Of a stretch of DNA of 64,000 nt, positions 40,213 to 53,570 are shown piece after piece; position 1 is the stretch's first letter, and every line of letters begins with the position of its first letter. Where the stretch lies: the NCBI RefSeq assembly GCF_006345805.1, contig NC_043014.1:43896001-43960000 (forward strand), read 5' to 3'. The notes beneath the pieces were generated by a model. It saw nothing but the letters and a program-made list of their open reading frames with translations, was not told the origin of the DNA and did no database searches. Position numbers and translations under genes: made by a program. This stretch comes from Octopus sinensis (Eukaryota).

Positions 40213-40744
40213 ATATATATATGGGCATAAATAGAGATAAGTATCATTTATGCTTATACATATTTTTCTGAAGGCTTCATGGACTGCGGTGTCGCATGGC
40301 CATTAAAGAAATATTGAGAAATATTGCGGCAGAATCAACCTTTTAAAATGGTTTTTCACACCTCTCAGGCCCTTTCGGCGACCTCTCAATGTTTATTTTC
40401 CTCTGACTTCCTCTCCATAGACAACACATACATGTATAATTTTCAAGATATTTATCATGGAAAGTGCCAATTGTGAGGCAAAGAATATTGAAAAGAAATC
40501 TTTCTTTTTTTTTTTTTTCCTTTTTCCTTTTATTTCTCTTTGTTTTGTTTCGTTTTGTTTTCTGTTTTTCCTTTTCTTATTTAAATCACTTCTGCTCTGC
40601 CACTTTACAGGGTCATAGTAATTGAATCTATCTCGCGTTCTAAACTGGAACTGACAGACTAATAAAAGACTTTCAAAGATGCTGTAACTCTTAATGGTTT
40701 TGAAATTCTCGGCAGTGTTCTTAACCGAGCTGGTTCTAACTGCA

Positions 40745-40791
<47 letters not shown>

Positions 40792-41031
40792 CTGACATTG
40801 GAATTCTAACATTTTGGTCAATCAGGCACATTAAGAGAGCCGCAGTGGGAAGAATTTACCCTGCAAAACATTCAGTAATGCTGTTGTTTTTGTTTTGTTA
40901 TATTTTTTTATATTTTGTTGTTTTTTTCATAGTGGTACTGGCAAGCATTTTCTTTTTGCACTTCGCTTTGAAATCTTGAAACTGGTTATTTTAAATTCTT
41001 CATATACATCAGAAGTATCAGAATTATATAT

Positions 41032-41433
41032 AGGCGCAGGAGTGGCTGTGTGGTAAGTAGCTTGTTTACCAACCACATGGTTCCGGGTTCAGTCCCACTG
41101 CGTGGCACCTTGGGCAAGTGTCTTCTGCTATAGCCCCGGGCCGACCAATGCCTTGTGAGTGGATTTGGTAGACGGAAACTAAAAGAAGCCCGTCGTATAT
41201 ATGTATATATATATATATGTATGTGTGTATGTTTGTGTGTCTGTGTTTGTCCCCCTAGCATTGCTTGACAACCGATGCTGGTGTGTTTACGTCACCGTAA
41301 CTTAACGGTTCAGCAAAAGAGACCAATAGAATAAGTACTGGGCTTACAAACAATAAGTCCCGGGGTCGATTTGCTCAACTAAAGGCGGTGCTCCAGCATG
41401 GCCGCATCAAAATGACTGAAACAAGTAAAAGAG
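41032..41433 (+). mobile_element. SINE family A, full length, followed by two further heads (41451-41790)
   Basis: A/B-box-like head and accttgggcaagtg CORE-like motif, recalled as resembling octopus OR-type CORE-SINEs. Confidence 0.85.
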
Positions 41434-42080
41434 TATATATATACATATATAGGCACAGATGTTGCTCTTTGGTATAAAGTTTGCTTCCCAATGACACAGT
41501 CCCAAGTTCAGTCCCACTGCGTGGCACCTTGGGCAAGTGTCTTCTACTATAGCCTTGGATCGACCAAAGCCTTGTAAGTTTATTCAGTAAATGGAACTAA
41601 AAGAAGCCTGTTGTATGTGTATGTGTGTGTTTATATATATAAGTGCAGGAGTGGTTGTTTGGTAAGAAGCTTGCTTCCTAACCTCATGGTTCCGGGTTCA
41701 GTTCCACTGTGTGGCACCTTGGACAAGTATCTTCTACTATAGCCTTGGGCTAACCAAAGCCTTGCGAGTGCAGAAAGAAGTCCATCATATGTGTTTAGAT
41801 ATATATATATATATATATCATCGTCATATATATATATATATACTAGCTAAATAGCCTGTCGTTGCCGGGCAATTTTTACAATAGAATGTCTTATTATAAA
41901 CTTTTATTTATTCTACGGCAGGCCCTGCCTTTCCTGACAGATAGGCCTCTTGATTAGGACAGATTTATGCAATTTTTTGCAAAAAAAAAAATTTGCTGAG
42001 GATCTTTTCCCATTTTGAATTATTCATATGTCTGTTCAACTGTTTCACATGACTTTATTCATCAAAACTTATTAAAACTT

Positions 42081-42331
42081 CAGGAGTTCTCACAACTTTG
42101 GTTGCTTATGAACCCCTGCGATTCCCATTTCACTCTTCTGGATCTCCATAGCCATTCAATGAATATAAAAATTATAATTAAATATTATTAGGAATTGTAG
42201 ACAAAAATTGTGAAAATATTTTGTGCATTGTAGAAGTATACCTGATTCATTGCACATGAATTTTCACTATAAAATCCTTTTAGTACCTCCCCCATCCCCA
42301 GGGTCATACAATCCCCAGTTGAATACCACTG
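42081..42331. mobile_element. Degenerate hAT-like MITE
   Basis: caggagttctcacaac ... gttgaataccactg. Related partial heads near 34672 and 62517. Confidence 0.45.
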
Positions 42332-42539
42332 TTGGAGGGTATCACATTATCAAACATGTTCTTTATTGATCATGCTTGTGGTTTGATTATGATGGCATTT
42401 AGCTACTGTTTCTAGCAAGTCAAGATGGTGACAGTTCAATTGACTGACCCAACTCCACCCTGCTTCCTCTTAAAAATTTCAATTTGTACCTGCATGTCAA
42501 CAATCACAATCTTTTACAAAACTCCAGTAGATTGGACAT

Positions 42540-42943
42540 CCTTCGTGTCCGATGGCATCACTTTGTCTCCAACAATTCGGTGCGACACCAGTGCAGAATC
42601 ACCTCCCTCTGACAAGTCATCCTAACGAGACGTCTGCGTTAGCTGGATTATGCCCTCCGTCGTCAACCTGGAGAATTCATCTACGAAGCAATTTCCCCAG
42701 CTCCCCTTCAGGGTTGCCGAAAGCGATGTGGTGTACAACAAAAATCCTGGCTGATGACAGTCAAGGCTGATCTGGAAACCAACCTAGGCCCCCAACTCAG
42801 CAGCGTTCACCGCTGGGAGAAGGAGCGGTTGGCTTCAAAACACCAGACCTGGTCAGTGTTTCTGAGAGATGCAGCATTGAGGATGAATGAAGCCAGCTCA
42901 ACCCACCCCGGGTGAATGCTGTCAAGTCAAGTCAGTCAAGTCA
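42540..42943 (+). mobile_element. 5'-truncated, degraded RTE-type LINE 3' end with (CAAGT)n tail and 11-bp TSD
   Basis: Frame ILRVRWHHFVSNNSVR...TRRLR*LDYALRR...SWLMTVKADLE with in-frame stops. Tail gtcaagtcaagtcagtcaagtcaag. TSD agattggacat at 42529-42539 and 42944-42954. Confidence 0.75.
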
Positions 42944-43645
42944 AGATTGGACATGGAGTATTGTCTTACCCCTCATATAGTAACACCTATTTTTACAGCT
43001 CTTTCATTTAACAGTAATTACCACTATTAAAGGAAACCCCCCTCCACTCTTTTTTTTTTTTTTTTGCTTCTTTCTTTTGGAATATTAAGACATTGCAAGT
43101 GAGAGGATTCAATTGTCTTTATCAACCCTTTACCAAGACATTAAATAACATTTTAGATACAGTTTTAACTTTCACTTTCTATTTTCTGATAGCTTTTAGA
43201 CTTTTTCTCTGTTTTTGATTGTTTTGTTTTTTTATTTTCATCTCCTTTACTTTGTTTTGTTCCTTCTTTCTTTCATGCATTTTTTCCTTCTTTCTCTTTC
43301 CTTTCTCCTGTTTTTAGTTTTTTGTTTTTTTTTTCTTTTTTCTTTCTTTATATCTTTGTATCTTCTTTATTCTCCATCAACAGAAGACTTTGTGCAGTTA
43401 TAGCAATCAAGTTATATTACATGATGTAATTAATTTTGGAAGATTTTATTTAGAAGTTTCTTTGAATTTAATAATTAGAAATAATACAAAAATATAAGAA
43501 CAAAGCAAAGTAAAACAAAAAAAAAAGAAAGAAACGCGCAATCAAAGAACATTACTTTACGAGAACTTCTATAAAGAAGTTAAAAATTATTTAGCTTAAA
43601 CTGAATCATTGAGTCGGGTTTGTCAGATTTACAAAAAATTTCACA

Positions 43646-44043
43646 GCAGGAGTGGCTGTGTGGTAAGTAGCTTGCTAACCAACCAACCACATGGTTCTGG
43701 GTTCAGTCCCACTGCGTGGCATCTTGGGCAAGTGTCTTCTGCTATAGCCTCGGGCCGACCAAAGCCTTGTGAGTGGATTTGGTAGACAGAAACTGAAAGA
43801 AGCCTGTCGTATATATGTATATATATATGTGTGTGTGTATATGTTTGTGTGTCTGTGTTTGTCCCTCTAGCATTGCTTGACAACCGATGCTGGTGTGTTT
43901 ACGTCCCCGTCACTTAGCGGTTCGGCAAAAGAGACCGATAGAATAAGTACTGGGCTTACAAAGAATAAGTCCTGGGGTCGATTTGCTCGACTAAAGGCGG
44001 TGCTCCAGCATGGCCGCAGTCAAATGACTGAAACAAGTAAAAG
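43646..44043 (+). mobile_element. SINE family A
   Basis: Near full-length match. Confidence 0.8.
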
Positions 44044-44365
44044 CGTAAAGAGCAGTACATGTACACACAGAAGCCTGTTTGGTAACCAGGGCCCTCTGTG
44101 CCAAAGTCTGAAGATTCATGCTTCTTCGCAGGAATGATACAGCAAATGGTTTCCCATCACCAAATGCCTGCTCATTTACAGTTTACTTTGCTAATCTTTT
44201 GCTCAGTTGAGCTTATCTTAGAGACACTGGATCCATTTGACATTTAGGTCAGGGGAGTGGTTCATATGACATCAAGGCTTGTTCATACACCAGTAGACCT
44301 TTGTCATACATGTCTGGGGACCAATCTTCCTGCAGGTTTTGAATTCCTTAACTTCAGAACCATTA

Positions 44366-44596
44366 TTAACCCTTTCGTTACTGTATTTATTTTGAGATGC
44401 TGTGTTTTTCTTCCAATTACTTTAAATATAACAAAGAATTTAGTAAAATAACTTAGTTATCATTCAGCTAGTGTTAGGAACATAAATTGTGACTAAGGTT
44501 TGATGTGGAAGATTTTAATTCAGAACTTATGAAAACAAGACATTTGTACTACAGAGCCAGAGGCAGTTTCAGGTGGGTTGGTAATGAAAGGGTTAA
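44366..44596 (+). mobile_element. Family-1 piggyBac-like MITE
   Basis: ttaaccctttcgttac...gtaatgaaagggttaa. Confidence 0.8.
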
Positions 44597-44961
44597 GGAT
44601 AGATAAAAAAAAGAAAAAAAAAGAAGGATGTTCATTTGAGAACAGATTACACTCTATTCTTATAGCTCTGAAGAACCCAGCATCCTTGTCCAATAGGTTT
44701 TGTGTTATAGTTCTGAAGTAGATCTCAATTGTGGTGCTTTAAGAGGACCCAAACTTGGAATGTGCAGAAGTTCGTTAAACCATTGCAATTTTGGTTTCAA
44801 GGGTGTAGCTAGGTTTCAAGGTGTAACTGTTGTAACTTTGACAAAGCACACACCAATTCTGCAGTGTTCCCCCTGTTTATAGCTTAGAACTGCACGACAT
44901 TATGCCGTGTATTTAGATGAAGGTGGACGAAACCGTTAAACTATATATATAACACTATGAA

Positions 44962-45191
44962 GGCGGCGAGCTGGCAGAAACGTTAGCACACCGGGCGAAA
45001 TGCATTGCCGTATTTCGTCTGCCGTTACGTTCCGAGTTCAAATTCCGCCGAGGTCGACTTTGCCTTTCATCCTTCCGGGGTCGATAAATTAAGTACCAGT
45101 TACGCACTGGGGTTGATGTAATCGACTTAATCCGTTTGTCTGTCCTTGTTTGTCTCCTCTGTGTTTAGCCCCTTGTGGGTAGTAAAGAAAT
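44962..45191 (+). mobile_element. SINE family B monomer with TSD
   Basis: ggcggcgagctggcagaaacgttag...gagttcaaattcc...cctttcatccttccggggtcgataaattaagtacc...gtagtaaagaaat. Flanking repeat tatatatataacactat at 44942-44958 and 45199-45215. Confidence 0.8.
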
Positions 45192-47423
45192 ATATATATA
45201 TATATATAACACTATCGTGCCTGTTTAGAGACAGGCTGGAACATGCGAAAGTTAATTATTGCAGTGATGTTCACATCACAACACCAGTGAAGGGATAAAA
45301 ACTAATTACTATTTGAGTCGTTACTCTTTTAATTTATTAATCCAACACACTATGCTGATTGAAGCAAACCTATAAGTACTATATCAGCCCACTAAAAATA
45401 ACAGTCAGATCTTCCTCAATATATATACCTTACTGTCTTTTGTAAAAAGAAAATCCAAAGATTATATATAATATGTCCACAATGTATCCCTAGATAAATA
45501 TGATTGGGTTGGATGGTCATGGTTGAAACAACTTTGATTGTAGTTTTTCTTAATCTGATCTGACCTAGAGCTGAACAGTAACAACAACTTTAGTAACTCT
45601 TCTAAATATTTAAAGCAGGAGCAGAGAACACTGCCCTTGGGGTGAAATTTAATCCACATTCAATTATTAAATAATTTTGCTGTCATGATTTCAGCGAAGT
45701 CCATTTGCAAATCAAAAAAAAAAAAAAAAAAAGATGATTTCAATCTTAGTCCATTTGCAGTTGACATGTTGTCAGCCTGTCAAATCACTTCATGTCATTT
45801 CCAACTTGGAAACCATGTAGCTTTCACATCATTCCTGATTTGAAATTGTTTCATGTCAACTTGAAGACATGTCACTTGGTTTTTGATTTCAAGCCGAAGT
45901 CAGGTCAAATCATTTCAGTCAATTCCAAATTAAAGACATGTCGTGTTGACTTGTAGAAACTTTCAGGAATTTTCTCCTCGTCCACATCAACTTAGCCTTT
46001 TTGATACCAACTTGACCGAAATCAGCCACAAACCTGGTCCTGTCTATGATAGAAACTTCTTGATTGAAGCAGTTAGGATTTAAGCCAGCCATATCAGGCC
46101 CAAATCATTCAACCTGTTTTATGTTCAAAGTGACCAGATTCAACCTTTCTTGCCTATCCTACAATGTCATTCTAAAAATCAAACAATCGCATCATCAAAA
46201 TCATCTCAAAGTTATGAAAATCTCAAAGTTACAAGATGATGTTTGAAATGGATGCAAGATAAACAGGAAGTGGGTGAAATATTTTCAGAGTTTTGTGAGG
46301 AAACGGCAAGTCTTTCTTGGAGTTAAGTTTCGGATAAACTATTATATTTACTTACAACCAAGCATCGGCGCTTTCTTTAACTTGTCTCAGTCATTTGGCT
46401 GCGGTCATGCTGGAGCACCACCTTAAAGGGTTTTTTTAGTTGGAAGAAATCAACCCCAGGACTTATTCTTTGTAAGCCGAGTATTTATTCTGTCGGCGGT
46501 CTATTTTGCCGAACCATTAAGTTACAGGGACCTAAACACAACAACATCAGTTGTCAAGTAATGGTGGGGGGGGGGAGACACAAACACAAAGACACACAAC
46601 ATAAATATATATTGTCTGGCTCCCCATGCCAGTGGCACATAAAATGCACTTTCCAAACATGGTTGATGCCAGCATCCTCACCCCGACTGGCTCCTGTGCC
46701 AGTGGCACATAAAAGGCACAATCTGAATGTGGCTGATGCCAGCACCACCTTGACTGGCTCCTGTGCCGGTGGCATGTAAAAGCACTGCCCAAATGTGGTC
46801 GGTGCCAGCCGCCTCTGGCCCCTGTGCCAGTGGCATGTAAAAAGCACCCACTACACTATCGGAGTGGTTAGTGTTAGTAAGGGAATCTAGCTATAGAAAC
46901 ACTGCCAAATCAGATTGGAGCCTGGTACAACCTCCTGGCTTCCTAGACCCCTAGACGAACCATCCAACTCATGCCAGCATGGAAAACAGATGTTAAATGA
47001 TGGCAAAAGAGACCGATAGAATAAGTACTGGGCTTACAAAGAATAAGTCCCAGGGTCGATTTGCTTGACTGAAGGTGGTGCTCCAGCATGGCTGTAGTCA
47101 AATGACTGAAACAAGTAAAAAAAAAAAAAAAATATGTTTATACAACAGGCCTCTTTCAATTTCCGTCTACCATATCCACATACAAGGCTTTGGTCAACCC
47201 AAGGCTATAGTAGAAGACACTCGCCCAAGGTGTCACGCAGTGGGACTGAACCCGGAACCATGTGATTGGTAAGCCAGCTTCTTACCACACAGCCACGCCT
47301 GCTCTCTGTTTAAAAAATTTATTTTTGTTTTAAACTCGATACTACTTCTTTTATCACATGCTGTCACTGATCACAACTGAACTTTATTAGTTTCTTGATT
47401 AACCAATAAGAGAGTTTTCATGT

Positions 47424-47695
47424 CAGTGCTTCTCAGCCAGCGTCCGTTTGACTCCGTGGGAGTTCATATAGGATTCTGGTGCTCAAATTTCAGTGCAGTA
47501 AATCAGTTGTATTTATTTCTACAGTATTCAAAATATTTTAAGAATTTTTTTCTTTTTATACAATTCCTAATAATATCTAATAACGAAGATATAATAGGAT
47601 TCTTTAAACATCAAATGGTTATGACGGTTCATCCGAGTAAAACAGAAACGAGAATCCTAAGTCTATAAGTAAAAAAAAATGGTCAAGAACCACTG
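47424..47695. mobile_element. hAT(Charlie)-like MITE
   Basis: Degenerate TIRs cagtgcttctcagcc / ggtcaagaaccactg, resembling CAGTGGTTCTCAACC. No clean TSD. Confidence 0.55.
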
Positions 47696-48096
47696 CTTTA
47701 TACAATCATTTGACCTGCTAGAAATAGCATCCAGCTTTGATCCTTGGCAACAGTATCAATAACTACTATAATTACATAATTATATTTCATGTCACCTTCA
47801 CATTTTTGAAACTTTGTTTAGTATTTTTTCTTGTTTTTTTTTCTTTTCTTTTTTTTTTTTTTTTTTTTTTCCTCAACCAATTTCTGTTAGTCATATTTCT
47901 GGCTTTGCTTTGTGCTCTTTCCAAAAATATTTTAATCAGTGATTATTGAATAATGGCTAAGAGTTAAAGAGACCAAAAAGTTGGAAGTTTCATGGTTCTA
48001 AATTCATCTTCTGAGAGCAAGAAGTTTAATGCTAATTATGGTGTAGTTACGTAAAATAATTTCTATTTCTATCTATCTATGTTTATACATACATAT

Positions 48097-48127
<31 letters not shown>

Positions 48128-48168
48128 TATATGTAAATATATATATGTATATATATGTATATATGTAA

Positions 48169-48216
<48 letters not shown>

Positions 48217-48736
48217 TGATCAGTAAAAGTTAATCTTTACACATCTATTTCGGGGATAACGTTCAACATCAAAAATTCAAGATAAGATAGTTTTTAGGCT
48301 ATTAACCACATCTTAGAAGATTAAAAAAAAAAAAAAATATTTAGTATTTACACCATCTCTACTCGATGTAAATATTTATAAAGATGAAGTTAATAGTCTG
48401 AAAAATTATAATCTTATTAAATAGCAACTCATCTCAGACACTTAGATATTTAAATATATATAAAAAAAATAATGGTCGGGTGGTGGGGGTTCTGCATTTT
48501 TTTGAAATAGTTAATAGAAAGAGTATGAGAGATGGGAAAGTAGGTATTGGTTATGTTTTACTGTCAGGTTTAATAGTTAGTTAGCCCTTTGACTGGAACA
48601 TTGCCCTTTACTCCTTGGTGAACTAATCCTAAAAACAAGGAGCAGGAATACATTCCAAACTGAGTAACATACCCTCTGCCTCTTCCTCCTCTTCTCTCCA
48701 TTTCCCCTTTCTCTCCTTACCCCTCCACTTCCTCCT

Positions 48737-49830
48737 CATCATCATCATGGATTGGATGAGACCATTGCAATCTGTGTCCTTTCTTATTCTTTCCTTATTG
48801 TGAGCTTTGCTCTCATAGAATGGCGCTTGTGTGCATCAATTTGACTTGGTTTCTCTGGTTGTTTGCCCTTCCTGTCATTACCACTTTCTATTTTCTCATT
48901 TCATCAGCACTAAGAGTGGTTGATAAGTCTTCAGTGAAAGGCAGCGAGCTGGCAGAACCATTAGCATGCCAGGCGAAATGCGTAGCCGTATTTCGTCTGC
49001 CGTTATGTCCTGAGTTCAAAATTCCGCCGAGGTCGACTTTGCCTTTCATCCTTTCGGGGTCGATAAATTAAATACCAGTTATGCACTGGAGTCGATGTAA
49101 TCGACTTAATCCATTTGTCTGTCCTTGTTTGTCCCCTCTGTGTGTAGCCCCTTGTGGGTAGTAAAGAAATAGGTATTTCGTCTGCAGTTATGTTCTGAGT
49201 TCAACTTCCGCTGAGGTCGACTCTGCCTTTCATCCTTTTGGGGGTCAATAAATTAAGTACCAGATAGGCACTGGGGTCAATGTAATCGACTTAATCCGTT
49301 TGTCTGTCCTTGTTTGTCCCCTCTATGTTTAGCCCCTTGTGGGTAATAAAGAAACAGATAAGTCTTCAGTGAAAACAGGACTAAGATGACCTCACAACCC
49401 TAAGCTTTCGCCACCCTGCCATCCACTATACAGTTTGCACTAGGTCTATTTTTCATAACACCAGCACCAGGGAGGTTATCAAGTCCTCGGTGAGACAGAA
49501 CTAATGGTCCTCTCACCCATACATAACCTCTGTTCATCAATAACTCTAGAGGTGTGCATCATTGTTGGAAAGGTAGGGGCAGTGTTCTTCAATCATCGTA
49601 CTTGCATATGTGGTCAGGTCCATAAAAATACTGCTAAAGGATCTTCGAATTTTTTTCAGCCCCACTGTATATTGTTTTCACTTTTCATTTGTTGTAATGT
49701 GACCATACAGTGTATAGCTGCTGTTATGAAAGAGTGTGCATGGAGAACCAGAATACAAGGTAAAAAGTCAGGGGTCTTCACCTCCGGCCCTGGAATGCTT
49801 TACTACTTCAGGTATCACCTGAAAAGCAAG
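48737..49830 (-). mobile_element. Highly degraded RTE-like LINE remnant with (TGA)n tail, interrupted by a SINE dimer
   Basis: Minus strand ends gcaatggtctcatccaatccatgatgatgatga, preceded by a KVVMTGRANNQR-like remnant. 5' boundary uncertain. Confidence 0.4.
48940..49356 (+). mobile_element. SINE family B head-to-tail dimer with 18-bp TSD
   Basis: gataagtcttcagtgaaa at 48922-48939 and 49357-49374. Confidence 0.85.
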
Positions 49831-52800
49831 ATAGGCCTGGAAAGGAGACACCTGTCTAGAAGTATATATGAGAAAAGATGGAAGGATGTGGTAAGGAAGT
49901 TGGGAGTGAGTGTCCCTACTTAATCTACCATGAGGGAAAGAAAAAAATAGGATGTAGCTGTTGGACAGTAGACCAACAAGAAAAAAAATGTAAGGAAATC
50001 AAAATTTTTAATCATATAAATCATCTATTTTTAACTTGATATATTTTTGTGTAAAAAAAAACGAACTGAAAAAAACTTGCTGAGTATTTTCTTCATTAAC
50101 GTTTTTGTATTGTCCTATGCTGTCCTTCTATATTAGATCTTATGGTCATAATAAAGAAATACTGTGTACATCCAGTGGTCTTCAGTACAGATTCCATCTA
50201 TTCAAGTATTGTAATTGGTTATTTCAACCCCTATAACTTATTATTATTATTATTTTATTTTTTCTTTTACTTCTCGAAGCTCTATGTCTTACTTGCTCTG
50301 GTTGATTCTGTGAGAGTGGACAGCAACCTGTTGTCAGGGGTCTTGCAGGGTCTCTTTCCACAGATTATAAGCTTTGGTACTTGGGTGTTAACCCCTCTTG
50401 ATAGGCACCGACTCTGTCAAGGTTGACTTTGCTTTTCATCCTTTTGGGGTCGATAAATTAAGTACCAGTTATGCATTGGGGTCAATATATATTTCTTTAC
50501 TACCCACAAGGGGCTAAACACAGAGGGGGGACAAACAAGGACAGACAAACGGATTAAGTCGATTACATCGACCCCAGTGCGTAACTGGTACTTAGTTTAT
50601 CGACCCCAGTGCGTAACTGGTACTTAGTTTATCGACCCCGAAAGGATGAAAGGTAAAGTCGACCTCGGTGGAATTTGAACTCTAAATGTAACGACAGATG
50701 AAATATGGCTACGCATTTTGCCCGGCATGCTAACGTTTCTGCCAGCTCACCGCCTGGGGTCAATATAATTGACTTAATCCCTTTGTCTGTCTTTGTTTGT
50801 CCCCTTGTGGGCAATAAAGAAATAAGAAACCATGCCAAATCAGACTGGAGTCTGGTGCAGCCCCTCAGCTTGCCAGCCCTGGTCAAACTGTCCAACCCAT
50901 GCAGCAAGGACAGAAGATGTTAAATGATGATGATTGTGATGATTATATATGCATGTTTTTGAAAATGTATCTACAACAGTGCACAGATTGCAAGGGTCAT
51001 ACACAATTAAAGGAGTAACATGAAGGACTGAAGGACACAATCCATAACTTCAGATTCAGTTCAGTGCAAAAACTCTGAGTATACAACAGACACAGGCATG
51101 GCTGTGTGGTTAAGTAGCTTGCTTTGCATCCATGTGGTTTCAGGTTCAGTCCCACTCTACGGCACCTTGGGCAAGTGCTTTCTACTATAATAACCCCGAG
51201 GTGACCAATTCCTTGTAAGTAAATTTGGTTGACGGAAACTGTGTAAAAAGCCCATTGTGTGTGTGTGTTTGCCCCCTCCCCCAATCCATTTGACAGCTGA
51301 TGTTGGTTTGTTTACATTTCTGTAACTTAGCAGATTAGCAAAAAAGACTAATAGAATAAGTGTCAGACTTAAAAACTATGTACTGGGTTGATTTGAAGAC
51401 AATTCTCCAGCATGGCTGCAGTCCAATGACTGAAACCAGTAAAAGAAAATATTCTTTTTATTCTTTTTATTTTTTTATCTGTTTTAGTCATTTGTCTGCG
51501 ACCATGCTGGAGCATAGGTAATAATTGATAATCTCTTCTGCTTTCCTTAGGAAAAGACACACACTCATACGCAATAAAAAAAAAAGAAAGAAAGGAAGAA
51601 AGAAAATATTTATGAGATGAAAAACTATTTATCCAACAATAGTTTCCGATTAGTATTATCGGGAGCCTCCTGCAACTCCTTATAATTTTGATTGTGTCTG
51701 ACACAGTGTTTTATGCTTGCCCCGTGGAGAAGCCATACGACTGACTTCTATTAAAAACGGGTGGAAAATGAGGTTTTGTAATTCAGTGGCTTACCTTGAG
51801 GGCAGACAGACGGACGGACGGACCGACGGACAAGTTCTTACTGTTCTGATGTTTCTGACTCTGGGCCATCACTCAACCGATGTCAATATGGAAATGTGCA
51901 GAAAATAATGGTAAATTGTATGTAAAAAGTGTGGTGGTCAGGGGGGGGGGAGAAAAGAGAGTGTAGTGTCAGAATGATTTAGTAAAAAAAAAAAAAAGAG
52001 AAAAAAAAAGACGGTGCCAGTTCTAGGATTAAGGACTGAGAACAATGCTGTTGTTTCTATCATCGTGGAAGCAAAGTACAACCGAAATATCACAGAATAT
52101 TCTACAGAATTTATTGATTTATCATTAGCCCTCTTTTTGGTGTGTATTTAGAGAGCATTCGCAGAAAATTGCATCACAGTTTTTCCCCATCCTCCTCCCC
52201 TTCACTCACACATAACTTACATACACACTCTTTCACCCTTCGTCTCTCACTTCACTTTCTCTGTCTCTCTCTCTCTCTCCTCTCACACAGGCACACTTTC
52301 TTTTTTTTTACCTCTTCTCTCTTTTCTCTTCTCATCCTTCCACCAGATTGCATCATCTCCATCATCACCATTTTTCACCCATTTCTCTCGTTCTTGCTCT
52401 CCTCTCTTTCTGTCACCCTTCCTTATTATTGCACCCCTTTTCTCTCACTCTCTCTTTCTCTGTCTCTCTCTTTCTGTCTCTCTCTCTCTATCTATCTATG
52501 TATCTCTGTCTCTCATGCACATACACACACAGAGATTCTTAGCAGATCCCTATGGTATTGGTGCTTGATTCAGAAAGATGTAACTGTGCGAACTAACTGA
52601 TATTAATGGTTAAAATACACTAGAGAGCCCTGAGCAAAAGCTTCACCTGCGTGCACTCACACTCACACACACACACACACATACACACAGAGGAACAAAA
52701 CAGTCTAAGATTTCTATTGTATAACTATAATAAAGAAATGGCCTTCAAAAATATTAAAAACGTTCCTTAAAAATGAAAATTTTAGCACTAAAGAAGAAAA

Positions 52801-53341
52801 CTCATTTCCAAATAAGCTTTTAAGAAAAAAATTCTGGTAAAATATTAAGAAAATTAAAGAAACAAAAAAACTAATTATTTTAACCAATTTCTAATCTCTT
52901 TGTTCTTCTTGGTTTTATTATTTCTTTATATTTTTTTTTTCATTTTTGTGTTTTTGCATTTTCTCATTAATCTTTAATTATATTAAAGGCAATAAAAGAT
53001 TGTTAAAACAGTATGGCACCTAAATTAAACGTAACATTTGTTTGTTTTTTACTTATTTCCTTTTGTTTTTTTGGGGTTTTTTTTTTGTCAGTAATTGGTT
53101 TGTTCTTGGTTGATTAGAAGCTGGGTTCAAATCTCACAACAGTTGCTTTAATTCGGAATCACAGTTTTGTCTTACATTCATTTCAAGATCAATAAATTAA
53201 ATAGTAGCCCGTATTAGTTGATTGGGTGAAATCGTTAGGGCACAGGACAAAATGCTTTACAGTTATTTATTGTGGATCTTACCATCGAGAGTTCAAATTC
53301 AGCTGTGGTCAGTTTTTATCTTTCTATCCTCCTGAGGTTTG

Positions 53342-53570
53342 TTAACCCTTTCGTTTCCGTATTTATTTTGAGATGCTTTGTGTTTCTTTCAATTACTTTA
53401 AATACAACAAAGGATTTAGTAAAATAACTTAGTTATCACTCAGCTAGTGTTAGGAACATAAATTGTGACTAAGGTTTGGTCAAAGATTTTAGTTCAAAAC
53501 TTTTGAAAACAAGACATTTATATTAAAGATCCAGAACCGGTTTCAGCCGGGTTGGTAACAAAAAGGTTAA
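53342..53570 (+). mobile_element. Family-1 piggyBac-like MITE
   Basis: ttaaccctttcg...aaaaaggttaa, same body. Confidence 0.8.

Noticed and set aside
43381-43422. Possible extra 42-nt plus-strand exon (caacag|aagact...gat|gtaatt, KTLCSYSNQVILHD) after a long pyrimidine tract
   Set aside because: Weak donor and no homology evidence. T-rich tracts are common here.
44905-44941. tttagatgaaggtggacgaaaccgttaaac, hammerhead-like spacing
   Set aside because: No CUGA and no viable stem II. Could be chance.
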